DNA of 64,000 nucleotides from Schmidtea nova (Eukaryota): NCBI GenBank assembly GCA_044892505.1, contig CM097883.1, positions 198,958,001 to 199,022,000 of the forward strand, read 5' to 3'. Shown piece by piece: positions 48,090 to 61,326 of this stretch (position 1 is its first letter; each line of letters starts with the position of its first letter). The notes under the pieces were generated by a model. It saw only the letters and a program-made list of their open reading frames with translations, ran no database searches and was not told where the DNA came from. The position numbers and the translations under genes were made by a program.

Positions 48090-50340
48090 CAGTGGTTCTT
48101 AACTTTTTGGTAATGAAAGAGCACTTTGATATCTCTAAAGTTTTGGCGGAACTACCGGGGCCCTTTCAACTGTGTGCGGTTAAAATTTACTTTAAAATTT
48201 ACTTTAACGTCTCTCTGTGTGTTTATTCAAAGTAAATGATATGAATTGTATTGCTTTAGCACGGAAAATAAATTTTCTTTAATTTACTATCGCCCTCCTA
48301 AATACTTTATTTTATAAAATATTACTAAAAAACAACCATGAAATTATTAAAACTAAATAAGATTTTTAAATCTGAAGAAAAAACCGTTAAATATTTGGAT
48401 TAACCCTTTGAACCCTGAGGCGTTAATTGTATTAGCACTATATTCCTGAGCTCCTGAGCAATTTTTGACCAAAAAATAATATTTGACTTAAAATGCAATT
48501 TCGATCAAAAATCGATTGTCAGTATGAAAAATATTTTTAGTTCATTGTAATTTCAAACATACTGTTAGGGTATATGCCTCGCAAAAGCAAGCCGGTTCGG
48601 CCTTTAGGGTTCAAAGGGTTAAAAGGGTGTTTAAACCAGAGAAAAAACGTTGGTGTTGTAAAAGTCAAATGACGCTATATTTCTATCTAAAACAATTTAA
48701 GTGTACAAAAAGAAGTTGTCTAAGAACACATCCTATTTGTAAATTAACTTTCTTTAAATGGTGTAAAGTTAAACTTAATGCACTCATGATGATTTGTTAT
48801 ATTTATTTGTTCGTAGAGAGCTCTGTAAAGGGATTAATTAGAAGCCCGGATGTTCGTCTAAAACCATATCTGAATGGGGGGAGGAAAAGGGGGTCCAGAT
48901 ACCCTGAGAAATTATTTTAAAAAATTACCGTGAAATTGAAATTTAAAATCATTTAAATGTAAAAATATAAATAAATTGAATTCTGAAAAACATATATTTC
49001 AGAATTTATTGAAAAATACAAAAATACAAATACAATAAAAATACAAATAAATTAAGAATATTATCAATATTATTTGAATTGAATAATTTTAATGGGATAC
49101 GAGCCTGATGATTTTTGCAAATAGTAGCAATGTCGGGTCTTATGTGTGAGATTGCTACACAAATATCTTCTTCTAAATTTAACAGCCTTTCACGTTTCAT
49201 TGTCTTAATATTGGTTAATGTTGAAAAACAAAACTCGCATAAATTCGATATTGTAAATTGTAATAAAAGTTTAATGGCTTTTTCGGAAATAGTTTTAAAT
49301 TCGGTTTGAATGGATATCCAAAATTCTTCAATTGTTAATTCAGAAAATTTCATTTTGACAGAACTATATGTTGACAACGAAATAAATTCTTCTTCTTCTG
49401 TTAACGAAAAAATGATTATTTGATCTGTCGCCGGCAGCAAATGAATTTCGTACCCAGTCACAATTTTCAATATTTAATTCAGGAAAATATTAAGCAATTT
49501 TTTCTTCTAATAATTTTAAATGTTGAGTAATAATAGGAATTATTTCAGCGTTATTGTAATTTTCAATTTGGACTGATGGAAACAGGTCTATTATTCTTTT
49601 TTGAATTATAAATGTGCTCCAAAAAGAATTGTTTTGAGAAATGCTGATCGTTTATAAGTGGATGTTAATATATTTTCATTTTAACCTTACTTACCAACAT
49701 TAACAATATTTAAACAATTAAAAATATCGGCTAAATATGCCATCTTCATGCACCAAATGATGTCTGTTAAATAAGTTTTAAAAAAATTATTACTTTTGTT
49801 TTCAAAAAATTTGGATGATCCTTTCTTCAGTTTCAAAATTCTGTTCTACACTTTGCCTCGTGATAACCAAGGTATCTCAGTATGCAGAAGTAAAGATTTG
49901 TGTTAAGCTTCCATAGATGCACAAAGGTTTTTAAATAATCGTGTTTGCAGAGGTCGCGATTTGATATAATTTACTATGTTAAATACTTGATCTAAAAGGT
50001 ATTTTAATGTGGCAAGTAAAGTTTATAATACAAGAGGTTCTTGATGCAAAAAACAGTGTCAATATGATGTTTGGATTTATTTAGCAAAAGCAATAAAACC
50101 TTTAATAGAGCCAATCATTGAGGGGCACCATCAGTACAAATTCCAACACATTGATTCCATGATATTTGAAATTTATCTAAATATGACTAAATTGATTCAA
50201 AAATATTTCCCGTTGTGCGTTCGGTAAGTTGCTGCAGCATAAAATTGGTTCACTATTTCATTTTCATTTAAAAAACGTACTTATCCTATCAGGTAAGTTA
50301 TACCGATAATATCGGTAGACTCATCTATTTGCAAGGCAAA
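48090..50340 (-). mobile_element. Buster/Charlie (ZBED5-like) hAT relic, 5'-truncated
   Basis: CAGTGGTTCTTAAC terminus at 48090 after TTATAAGG. Minus-strand motifs CTDGAP, NYIKSRPL, LLLHTEIPWLSRGK and EEFW...SNLCEFCFSTL...LEEDICVAIS. Confidence 0.88.
48404..48618. mobile_element. piggyBac-type MITE
   Basis: TTAA-CCCTTTGAACCCT ... AGGGTTCAAAGGG-TTAA; 215 bp. Confidence 0.92.
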
Positions 50341-50375
50341 ATACTGTTTCGAGAGATTTGTAATAACTTTGTTAA

Positions 50376-50568
50376 CCCTTTGAACCCTGAGGCGTTAATT
50401 GTATTAGCACTATATCCCTGAGCTCCTGAGCAATTTTTGACCAAAAAATAATGATTGACTTAAAATGCAATTTCGATCAAAAATCGATTGTCAGTATGAA
50501 AAAAAAGCTAGATGCCAAGGCCGGTAAATCGGCCATTAGAGTATATGCCTCGCCAAAGCAGGCCGGTT
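50376..50568. mobile_element. Second, right-truncated copy of the piggyBac-type MITE
   Basis: TTAA-CCCTTTGAACCCTGAGGCGTTAATTG, near-identical to 48404 onward; right TIR absent. Confidence 0.88.
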
Positions 50569-50595
50569 GATATTAATATTAAATAATGATCAAAG

Positions 50596-50670
50596 CAGTG
50601 GTGTATTGGGGGTGGCACGACGTTCCGGCATTTTTTTCAGAAACGGAACGCGTTCCGGTACTTTTTTTAG
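50596..50670. mobile_element. Isolated hAT-like terminus
   Basis: CAGTGGTGTA start with GTTCCGG subterminal repeats; no partner end seen. Confidence 0.4.
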
Positions 50671-51660
50671 TAGTCCTTTTTTAATTTCAAATGAAAATTA
50701 TATTTTAAATAGGCAAATTCGCAAAAACATTTCAAAAAATATGTCAATTAATAGAGAATTTATCTTGCTTTTTGTTTATTTTTCCCTTTTAAATCAAATA
50801 AACTGAAGGTAGTTTAAATATTTTTAATGGATTAAATATAATGCACATTAAAAATGTATAAAAAAATAATTAAGATAATATAATGATTTATAAATATTTG
50901 TTGAAAACTTTAAAATTGAATGTTCAAAAATCTTTTCCTGCACTCTTATAAAATTCTTATATTATCACATTTTCAATAATGATTATTTTTTTTCTTATTT
51001 TACAATCTAGTCAAATATTTCATATAATTTTAACTAATTAAAAATAAAAAAAGAAGCAGGAAGACCTATTAATGTTATTTATTTTTTCAAATATAAATTT
51101 ATAGACCTTATGCACTATTGAAATCTATGAACAAAATATATGAAAACCAGGCTAAATTTTGTTTCTAAATTGTAGGCATTATCCATTTAGGCATGACGAT
51201 TGACTGCTCTGATGCAATATCACTTTTATCTTTATTCGTTAAACTAATATTTTGTTTTTATGTAAATATAAAACAAGATATTGATCAATTGTCTAAAAGT
51301 GAAATAAAGATAAAAGAAATTGAAAAAAGATCAATGGTAGAAAATAGGAAATTTACTTAAATATTTACTTAAAAAATTTATTTAAATATTTCATTTATTT
51401 CTAACGATGTTTTGGGGATTTTTTGGGGATTTTTTATTTTATTAATAAATATCGACATTTTTATTTTTGAAAACAAAAAAAATCTTGTTTTTTAAAGATT
51501 TGGGTGGTTAAATAAATTCAAGCAAAATATTATTCAAACAAAAGATGTCATTTAAATAATTAATATGTATTTATTTTGACAAAATTGAATAAAAACAACG
51601 GAATGCTTTATTTCAATGCAAATTACCATAATAACATTTCTCCGAAATAGAAAGTTCCAA

Positions 51661-51960
51661 TTATGAGCTCATTGGGTCACAATTTTTTGCAAAACAGGTT
51701 TTCAGTCCGCTTTCGCAGCTGGCTACACATTTAATGGAATCAGCGCTGCTTGAGTCTTTCTTTGCCGAGCACTCTTTATCACAGGCATATCCGGCATCCC
51801 AGCATTTAGCTCTGCAAATCGCTACAGTTTCTTTAGCATCGACTTCGCAATTGTAAAGAACGAATGCTACTACGAATAGAGAGAAAACTATCTAAAATTA
51901 TTAGAAAAAGAAAAACTCAGTTTTCTAAAGTTTGTTAAAAAGGATTCTTACTTTGTTCAT
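51661..51960 (-). CDS. Small secreted cysteine-rich peptide (79 aa; 8 Cys in the predicted mature part)
   Basis: Exon 1 51960-51952 (MNK), a 60-nt intron GTAAGA...TTTTAG, and exon 2 51891-51661. Product: MNKIVFSLFVVAFVLYNCEVDA-KETVAICRAKCWDAGYACDKECSAKKDSSSADSIKCVASCESGLKTCFAKNCDPMSS*. TATAAA lies upstream (about 52000) and AATAAA downstream (about 51610). Confidence 0.88.
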
Positions 51961-52656
51961 TTTTGTTTATTAATCAACGGAAATCACGAGAATTTATATT
52001 GAATTTATGGCTTTAGTTTTAGGGAAACGTTTAAATAGGTAAACAACAATTTATTGCATTGTTTATTTACAATTTTTTATTTATTGATATTGTTTTCGAA
52101 ACATTCGAAAGTTATTTTTTATTTTATGTTTGAAATNNNNNNNNNNNNNNNNNNNNNNNNNNNNNNNNNNNNNNNNNNNNNNNNNNNNNNNNNNNNNNNN
52201 NNNNNNNNNNNNNNNNNNNNNNNNNNNNNNNNNNNNNNNNNNNNNNNNNNNNNNNNNNNNNNNNNNNNNNNNNNNNNNNNNNNNNNNNNNNNNNNNNNNN
52301 NNNNNNNNNNNNNNNNNNNNNNNNNNNNNNNNNNNNNNNNNNNNNNNNNNNNNNNNNNNNNNNNNNNNNNNNNNNNNNNNNNNNNNNNNNNNNNNNNNNN
52401 NNNNNNNNNNNNNNNNNNNNNNNNNNNNNNNNNNNNNNNNNNNNNNNNNNNNNNNNNNNNNNNNNNNNNNNNNNNNNNNNNNNNNNNNNNNNNNNNNNNN
52501 NNNNNNNNNNNNNNNNNNNNNNNNNNNNNNNNNNNNNNNNNNNNNNNNNNNNNNNNNNNNNNNNNNNNNNNNNNNNNNNNNNNNNNNNNNNNNNNNNNNN
52601 NNNNNNNNNNNNNNNNNNNNNNNNNNNNNNNNNNNNNNNNNNNNNNNNNNNNNNNN

Positions 52657-52798
52657 TGACTATAGATCAATTTTTTTTTATAAACAATAACACAATATTT
52701 CGGCACAGCCTTTATCAAGTGTGTATTTACACACTTGATAAAGGCTGTGCCGAAATATTGTGTTATTGTTTATAAAAAAAAAATTTGATCTATAGTCA
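52657..52798. repeat. Near-perfect ~142-bp palindrome between two assembly gaps
   Basis: Arms of about 70 bp around a 2-nt TT centre at 52726-52727; they differ only in a homopolymer stretch. Confidence 0.92.
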
Positions 52799-54435
52799 TT
52801 ATGAGAATTATTGATAATAATAATAAAAAAAGATCAAANNNNNNNNNNNNNNNNNNNNNNNNNNNNNNNNNNNNNNNNNNNNNNNNNNNNNNNNNNNNNN
52901 NNNNNNNNNNNNNNNNNNNNNNNNNNNNNNNNNNNNNNNNNNNNNNNNNNNNNNNNNNNNNNNNNNNNNNNNNNNNNNNNNNNNNNNNNNNNTAGACCTT
53001 CTCCGTCCTTTATTGATGGTAAAGTAACATACGTGCCAGTTTGTACACTGTAAGTTACCGAGATTTGAGGATGAAACTCGTTGTCATTGTATTTGAATAA
53101 ATTTGATTCAAAAATGTGTACTAATATTCATCAACTTTGTTTTTCATTTTTAATAAATATATAGTTTCTTTCATTGAAAAATATGACAAAATTTTGTTAA
53201 TTATTGCAAGTGAAAAATCCTGATTAGTAATTTTGACCTAAATAACCCTGACCAAACCTACACTATCAAAAGGATTTTTGACGGTTCATCCAATTTTTTA
53301 ATAAATTGAGGCAGTTTTACTTGCTAAATTCGGAGGTAAATTTTATTAAATATTTAATTGAATTTCTATGAGGTGAGGATTTACGCATAAGCTATAGGTA
53401 AAAAATAATTATTTTATAGGAATTAATTAGTAAAAAATGTTTTACGTTAGTCATACACTCATCAAGTTTTGAGATGAGCTTCGGAATGCTTTTAGCAGGG
53501 AACCTTTTCTATTTAAATTCCGGTTCGGTAATGTATTATTGTCATCGAACTTGTTTTTATGTAAAATTGTAAACAATTCTTTTCAATAATCTTTGTTATT
53601 TTGAAAAATTAGAGTATTTTGAAAATATAATATACTTTAAGCTTTTAAATAAAAGAATGCAGCTTTTAAAATATATTTTTTTTCAAAGTAATTACTTAAG
53701 TGACTAATTAAAAAAACATTTTTATTGCAAATTATCAATATTTAACTTACTATTAAAAAGTCAAATTTCTGATATCCAAACGTTGTTGGGATGATATTTT
53801 CCTTTTAAAACGTTTGGTGCGCTATCACTCCTGCCCGTACTTTGAACTTTACTTTATCCCTTGCTATCAATTTTCCGTTTTTGAATAGTATTACGGGTTC
53901 TCTCTCCGTTCCTGGTACCACAATGGCTGAGGAATGACCTCGTCCACAATGAAAGGCTAATCTTGTTTTATAAATTTTACATTCCCTGACTGTTGCCATT
54001 ATGATACCACTTTTTCTTTGCTAATGTCTTTAATTCTAACGGACTGGCGTCTTTGCATTTATCAGTTCCTCATATTTTTCTCCTAGCGTCATTTGATCGC
54101 AGTCAAAGGCTTCAAACTTATTAATTATCATACTTATTAATTATCATCATAATGATCGAATTTAAACTTAAAGTGGATCTTCCACTTCCGTGAATCGTTC
54201 GTTCATTTCCTAATTCTCTTAGTATTTCTTCCAATTTTCAATTTGTCATTTTAGTTTGGTATTTTCCTTGATTATTTCCTGTAAATTTTCCCAACCTCCT
54301 TTTACTATTTTCTAAGATAATCGCCGTATTTTTAACATGTTTTCTGAGCGCTATCGTTTTAGGTCGTCCTATGCTAAACCTCAGCTAGTTATACACTGTA
54401 TATGTTATAGCTACTAGATATTTGTTGTCGGTTTC

Positions 54436-55598
54436 GGATCAGGTAAAAAAAATGCCCATGGGCAATTTTTTTACCTAAATTATTTGTTATATAATATGTT
54501 AATTTATAATTATCGGTCAACACAGATGTTAGAACTTGATTAAATGAATAAAGATATTAACGCATATTAAAGTATATTAACGAAAAATAAAATTGTTGAA
54601 GGTTGTAGGATTGTATTATAATCTATATTGTATTATATGAATCAAATTGAAAAAGAAGAAGAACTGATTATCAAAATGAACAACGACGAATTTAGAAGTT
54701 ATTTGTTTGAAAAAGAATTAATCAAACGAGTGATACATTGCTCTGGAACTTGTTAAAGTCCGATGAAGGTGATTAACTGCGAAAATTATACTGATGACAA
54801 TGCATGGAGGTGCATGAACTCTGAATGCTCTTTATGCAGGAAGAGAAAATCAATCAAAGATGGTTCGTTTTTCGCTGAGTTCGGAAAAGATATCAAAAAA
54901 ATGATTAAAATTATATTAAGATATGTTGGGAAACAATCAAGAGCCAGTATTCTTGAGACTATTAGCATATCTAAACCAACGCTTACTAATTTTTTTGGCA
55001 AACTTATAGAAAAGATGAAAATAAAAAATTCGGAATTAAGAAAACTGGGAGGTGTTGAAACTGTAGTTCAAATAGATGAAACTATGTTGAACTACAAATG
55101 CAAAAGTCATCGTGGTAGAAGTATAAAAACCGAACTGATGCTATATGCATAGTTGAGTGTGCCCCGCACATCACTAAAGCGTGGGCACAAACAATACCAA
55201 ATAAAAGATCAGATACTTTGTTAAAAATTATATGTGATCATGTTGTGGAATCTTCAACAATTCATACTGATGAACATCGCAGTTAAAACGCGCTTTCAGA
55301 TTGAGGGTTTTTACATAGAAGTGTTTGTCATAAATATAATTTTGTTGATCGTATCACTGGATTGCACACTCAGCATGTTGAATCATTTAATAATCTTCTA
55401 AAAAATGAAATTAAATCAAGAAAAGGAATTTTAACTGATAAACGTGAAAGTTTCTTGACTGAATTTATTTTTTTATTTAATCATTAAAATAATTTATTAG
55501 AGGAGATTTTTGAATTAATAAATATGTAATATATATGAAAAAAATTTTTGGGCATTTTTTTACCTGATGTATAAATGGGCATTTTTTTTACCTGATCC
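54436..55598 (+). mobile_element. Merlin (IS1595/ISXO2-like) DNA transposon with disrupted transposase
   Basis: Perfect 24-bp TIR GGATCAGGTAAAAAAAATGCCCAT; 8-bp TSD TCGGTTTC/TCAGTTTC. Motifs VVQIDET, TIHTDEHRS, VCHKYNFVD and HTQHVESFNN; several stops and one frameshift. Confidence 0.93.
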
Positions 55599-55689
55599 TC
55601 AGTTTCGTTTATTTGCCATAACTTTTTAAATTCTGGATCTATTATTGATAGTATGTCCATCAACGTTTTCTTAATCCATTCCTTTCCTT

Positions 55690-57400
55690 GACACATTTGG
55701 TTTGTTTATTTACTCTTTGTTTCTGCAATCTTATCCAGTTTGTTAAAACATATTTACCATTGTTCTTATCTTTTTTTCTTCTATTGTTTTTATATTATCA
55801 ATGTTGGGTCTTTTCTTGGACTGCATCTTGGTCAATTTCTATTGAGGAGCCCATGTCTATTAGTCTTGTTTCTGGTCCGGTTTCTTCTTTGATGTCTCTT
55901 GGTTCGTCTTCTCTCTCTTCTAACCATCTTTCCATTTCCTGCGTTAATTGTAATTTTTCGACGTCTAACTTTCCACATCCTCTTTTTTCATTTTATTAAC
56001 TTTTTCTGTTGTTATTTCTTGGTCAATCCCCTTTTCAGTATCTGTTGGTTGCGCCATTGTGCGCAATTATTTTATTTACTAAAAAATGTTATTGCCTTTT
56101 TCTTTTGTTAGTTGAGTTAGTTTCTCTAATATGTTGTCACTATCGGTTAATATTTTGTCAACGTTTTACGGTTCTGGTGGAGTTCTTTCTCGGATTTCTA
56201 TTGGTGTTGACACTGGTTTTTCAGCGCTTGTCTCTGATGATGTCTGTATTTTGTTTTTGAGGACTTGGTGCGATCATACGTCTTTTTGGCTGCTTCTTCT
56301 TTTTTTCAGTGTTTGGCCTCTTATTTTCACTAGGGTTATCCCTATTCAAGGTCATTATCGAATAACCGACCCTGATGTTGCAAGTGAAATGGTGGTTTAT
56401 ATTAAAGTTTCTTTTTAATACCCCACATCTTCTATGTTAGTGGTACCCAAAATTCTTCTTTCTTTTGATTTGGATGTATTATCTTTAAATGTATTTTCTG
56501 TTGTTGTTATTGAACATATTCTTGATTTCGTCATTTTCATATTACTTGATTTAGTTGGTCTGGGCACCATTCATATATTCTTCTATATTCTTCCATCACC
56601 TTTGCAAGTTTTCTTAGACAGGTTATTGCCAATTGCCGTAAAATATTTGGCTAAGCTTCTAACTGTCCTCTGCTTATCATGTGCATTTTTTTAATAATTC
56701 TATTAATTTTTCCGCCTTTTGCATTTCAATTCCCAATTGAATTGCGGCTGCTTCTGGTTCGTCTACATTTGTCGGCATTATTTTCTTCGTTACCATCCAA
56801 ATTCTTTTTATATTTGATTCGTATTCTATTTCTCTTTTTGGTTCTTCTTTGTATTTACCTTCTTTTATTTTCCAACATCTTTCCTGTTCATCCCATTCTT
56901 TTCTCCCATGGGTTTTTTTACATCTGCTCAAATCTAGATAGTAGTAGGATGTAAGCCCATCAGATATAGGTCAAGACCACCCCCTATACAGATGACTTTC
57001 CACCAGGATCAAGATGTTGTTTAATTCTCTGATGCAAAGTCCAAAAAGTGCTTACAATATAAATTTCTTCGCATTTATTACACATGATGCTATAGACAAT
57101 GTTCTTGTGAAAGCATATTTTCTTTGGTGTTTGGCAGTTTTCCATCTTACAAGTATTTTCTTTTCTGTGGTTGTTTGCCAGGGCTTGCCTCAATGTCTTA
57201 GATATGTGACAAACGAATCGGTAGACTAGTGAGATTAAGTTATTTGATGATCATAAAATTAATCCGGCCATTGATGAAAGTAATTCGAAGGTAGAAATAT
57301 TTCTTTTCTTTTTGTAGGTCTTTCTGCCTTCTCTGGTTGAATTTTATTTTGTTGATCTTGTCAATATTATGATGCCCATTTCGATGCAGAACTTCAGTAA
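55690..57400 (-). mobile_element. Penelope-like element: RT linker and GIY-YIG fragment followed by a probable 5' portion
   Basis: KNIVYSIMCNKCEEIYIVST..TLHQRIKQHL (56984-57193) is a GIY-YIG motif, preceded by VLHRNGH. The downstream A-rich degenerate coding sequence is unassigned. Confidence 0.75.
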
Positions 57401-57816
57401 ATATTATTTATATTTTGAAATTTTTAACAAAAAACATTTAAAAAAACAATTTTAGAATTTAAAATTTAAAGTTTATAATAGTCAAATTTACATCCAATGA
57501 AAAAGAAGATAATTCACGAGAAAAAAACAGCAGAAATGCCGAATTAGGGATTAACAAGAATTATTTTATAATCGAAAGTTTTCTTAATAAAATTGTTTTT
57601 GCAGCAAATGCTTATTTTGTTATTATTTATTTATTTTTATTATTATATATTTAAATGTGAAATTTTAATTTGCTTCATAAATTTGGAATATGTAATAAAA
57701 TGATTAAAATAATCCACTAAAATTTTTCGGACAGTTTTATTTCTATCCTATAACTTTTGTAACAAAATATTAAAACACTATTATAAATAAGTTATCATTT
57801 TCACAAATGAAAGATA

Positions 57817-58113
57817 TCAATGGATAAAATCATCAAAATAGTCCTGAAGATTCCTCAAAAATGACAAAGCATCAATAATACTATCAAATAACTGATTTGA
57901 GTAAAATATTTTCTGATCAGAATGAATAAATGTTGAGTTATGTTCTGCATTGTTCTGATTGGTTGATGTTACGGTAGTCGGCACCGATATGAATTTCACA
58001 TATTCTGCTGAGTCCATAGATGATGTTCGACTGCAATTCTGATTGGATTCTAACTCATTTGAAAAGTATAAATCTGATATAAAAGCGTTGATACGATTGT
58101 TGGATTGGATACC
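57817..58113 (-). CDS. Candidate terminal exon of an unknown gene (98 codons)
   Basis: TTTTAG acceptor, then open frame GIQSNNRINAFISDLYFSNE...MDSAEYVKFIS...YFDDFIH*. No upstream exon identified. Confidence 0.35.
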   Translation of the reverse strand, partial: GIQSNNRINAFISDLYFSNELESNQNCSRTSSMDSAEYVKFISVPTTVTSTNQNNAEHNSTFIHSDQKIFYSNQLFDSIIDALSFLRNLQDYFDDFIH

Positions 58114-59049
58114 CTAAAACAGTAATATAATATGCAAGCAAGTAAAATATTGAAATGAAAGCACAATTTTATTATTATTAGAATTGATTATTGAATTGGG
58201 ATTATCAATAAAATATTTGGTTGAGGTTAGTCTAAAATGGTTCAACATGAGACTAAAGTGCGCAGAGATTGGGGTCAAATCAATAAAAAAGCTTAAAAAT
58301 GTAAATTTTAAAACAGATTTTGTACAAAATTCAGAAAAATAAAAATTGACATATCGTGTTGGAAATTGGTATGTACGGATGGCAAATGGAGAGACGAGTA
58401 CGAATATGACAGTAAACTAACAATGGAGGGTCCATAGAAAAATAAATGAATAATTTATTAGTTATGTATAAAATCGATTACATGGGAAACCCGAACAAAA
58501 GAAAAACCCGACATAAAATCAAATAATCGGAGTCACAGACCGAAATGATTAAATTATAAGAAACAGCAATTATCTCAATTCTGCGAAAATCCAAATATAA
58601 AAAGATAGTTACATTGAGTCCCCATTCTGGAAATCTAATTGATATGTTGACGCAATAAAATTACTATAAAAGGAATAGCAAAACGACAGTAGTTTGCCAG
58701 TTTGGTCGAAGTAAAATTATTCGCCGGGAGTACGATACATTTGGTAAGTGAGAAGAGTGTGATAGTTAGCAATCTAACATTAGCAAATTAAAAGCGTATC
58801 AGAAAGTACAATCTACCTTTGGTAGACTTGTCCCTATAGCTGGAATAAAGAGGAGTACTGAGTGTTCTGCAAAAATTAGAAATTATATTGATTTATCGTT
58901 TGTAAATTGTGAAATTCAACAAAATTTACTGTGTTGGGTTTTCGTCATTTTAAATTATATGATCACGAGGAGTCAGAGAAGAAACCGACTAAATTTAAAT
59001 AACCCAACATTTTTACTATATTTACTTTTGAAATATTCAAGAATCATTT

Positions 59050-59400
59050 TGAGACTACTAACTGATTTATCCATATTGGAAACTGAGGTGCTATCAGCTT
59101 TTAGTTCTTAACATGCAAGTTAGTGCCTTGTGATCGTTTCGTAATTTAAATTTTTCCGTATAGATGTTTAAAATATTGACAAAAGCTCTTTCCTTGTGAT
59201 GAATTATCCTATATCATGGTTATTCATTACATGTTATCCAGAAGTTATTATTTTTCAATTCAATTGTTAGTTATTTGTGATAAAATTGCTCCAATTCTAT
59301 CAAAACTTGCATCGATACTCAAGATAAACTTTACGTAAAATCATGAAAAGCTAGCGTTTGAGCTTTTAAAAGTTTAATAATAAGGTAGCAGTGTTAAGCC
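59050..59400 (-). pseudogene. Gypsy RNase H relic
   Basis: FILSIDASFDRIGAILSQ and ..KFKLRNDHKALT on the minus strand. Confidence 0.75.
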
Positions 59401-59529
59401 TTCTCCGCAATGTTTATTTAAATAAAATATTTCGATCTTAAAAAGATCTTGAGCACTCCAATACGAAATTCTTTCCAATTGACTTCCCACTTCTTTTTGG
59501 ATATTTTCTTTCTCCTGAATCCTGACTTT

Positions 59530-60570
59530 AATATGCACACACGTGAAGAGGCTAGTATTGTACTCAAAAGTGCTGGTGATGCATCAAAGAAAATAAAAGC
59601 AACAGCTCTCATGAAAGTTGGATATAGTAAATCTGTTGCGTATAAGATAATCAAGTCAGCTAAAATCTATGGTGATGTGTGTGACAGCGTCAAAGCAATG
59701 AGAGTGTTGCAAAAATCACCGGATGCGCAAATGGTGTTTTGATCTCTACCTTATAACAAAAAAACTGTCTTTGCCTCCGTGAAACAGCAAGGAAATACAA
59801 AATTAACCAAAAAACCATCGACAATACTTATGAAGAGCTGGAGTTGTGTGTAGAAAACGTAAGAAGGCTACAATTTCTGAAGTTAGAAAAACTTAAAATT
59901 CTCTATCATCAGCACCTTCCCAATGATTGTCGAAAACCCACTACAAATCATAATCCATGATGAAATATACATTATAGTGAACGAGTCTACCAAGTTTACA
60001 CACTCCCATTATTATGCCAAAATGCTAATGATAAGATAACGATTATATAGATGGCACAATAACCTCAGACTGTGTGAAGTATGCTGCAGTGACCGAATCC
60101 CCCATGAAACTTAGGCTCTGATACGCTGTTACCGATTGTGATATATCTGACTGGTTTAATTGGCGTCAGGGACTAGCCATCAATAGTGATATCTGCAAAT
60201 TGCATTGAATTCAATGCCGCCTTTTACCCTTCATTGAAAAATATTATTTGCATGGTCGCAGTATATACAAATCAGACAAAGTATTTATTGACTACTCTGT
60301 ATATGCTCAACGATGCTTAACAAGCTAGCAAGTGATTTGTGTTCCGAAATCGGCTAAACCAACTAACATCACACAGTGCTACCCCATTGAAGAACTGCAT
60401 GCCGAAATTAAAAGACGTGTGTTTCAATACAACTTCCATCCCAAAACTGTAGAGGATTTCGAGACACGCCTGGTGCAAGTAATAACCCAATTCCAAAAGA
60501 ACAGCAGAAACTTTCTTGTTGGATTCAGCAATAAAGTAAGTAAGCTAGTTCATCTTGTCTATTGCAATGG
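59530..60570 (+). pseudogene. Decayed Tc1-like (DD37E/TRT-type) transposase
   Basis: HTH (VGYSKSVAYKIIK), IIIHDEIY, RLLPFIEKY and VPKSAKPTNITQCYPIEELHAEIKRRVF; multiple stops. Confidence 0.65.
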
Positions 60571-61326
60571 TATCTTCGCTGTGCTTCATTAGTACTGTGT
60601 ATATTTGTAGTTCCAATGCATAAACCCTAAACTGTTTTAATAGAATAAATTTCGCATTCCTGTAGTCTCCGAATCATTTACACAAACGTTAATATATATT
60701 TTTATAATCATGTCATATATTAATAAGTTTACAAAAATGAATTTATTTATAAATACTATAGGTAAAATATTATTTTAAAAAGCACACAAAAAATTAAAAT
60801 TTCTGAAATAGAAAGGTTAAAATGAAAAAATGTTAGTGATAATTATTTTTGATCTTTACAACCATTTTCGATGAAATTCGAACATTTTTTTGTGGTAATT
60901 AAAAGGCAAAAATCAACAGTGCTAGAATTGCCTAATGTATTTTTGATAAATATTGTTAATCAGTTTTGACTTGAATTTTTTTGTATGATTTTTGAATTTT
61001 TTTGAAATTTCTAAAAAGTTTTAAAAAGTTTGACCTTGACTAAATAGTGACATTAAAATAAATGTGTTCTATTACGTTATCGGTTACGTATTATCATTAA
61101 AAATTTCCAATGACATCACAAATTTAGGCGGTTTGTGCAAAAAAGAACAAGGGGTCATTCGATTTTGATTGGTTATGACTAATCGATTGCGTAATTTTAT
61201 TTGTTCCCCAGTCTACACTTCTCCCTAAAAAAGTTAATTTTTTCATTCTATCCAAGAAAAATAATTTAATTTCATGAATGGGCTTTAATATCGAATTTTG
61301 AATAAATGAGTATTATAAACACTTAC

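Noticed and set aside
53805-53999. 64-aa minus-strand ORF (KTRLAFHCGRGHSSAIVVP) that looks transposase-like
   Set aside because: No family could be assigned and no termini were found.
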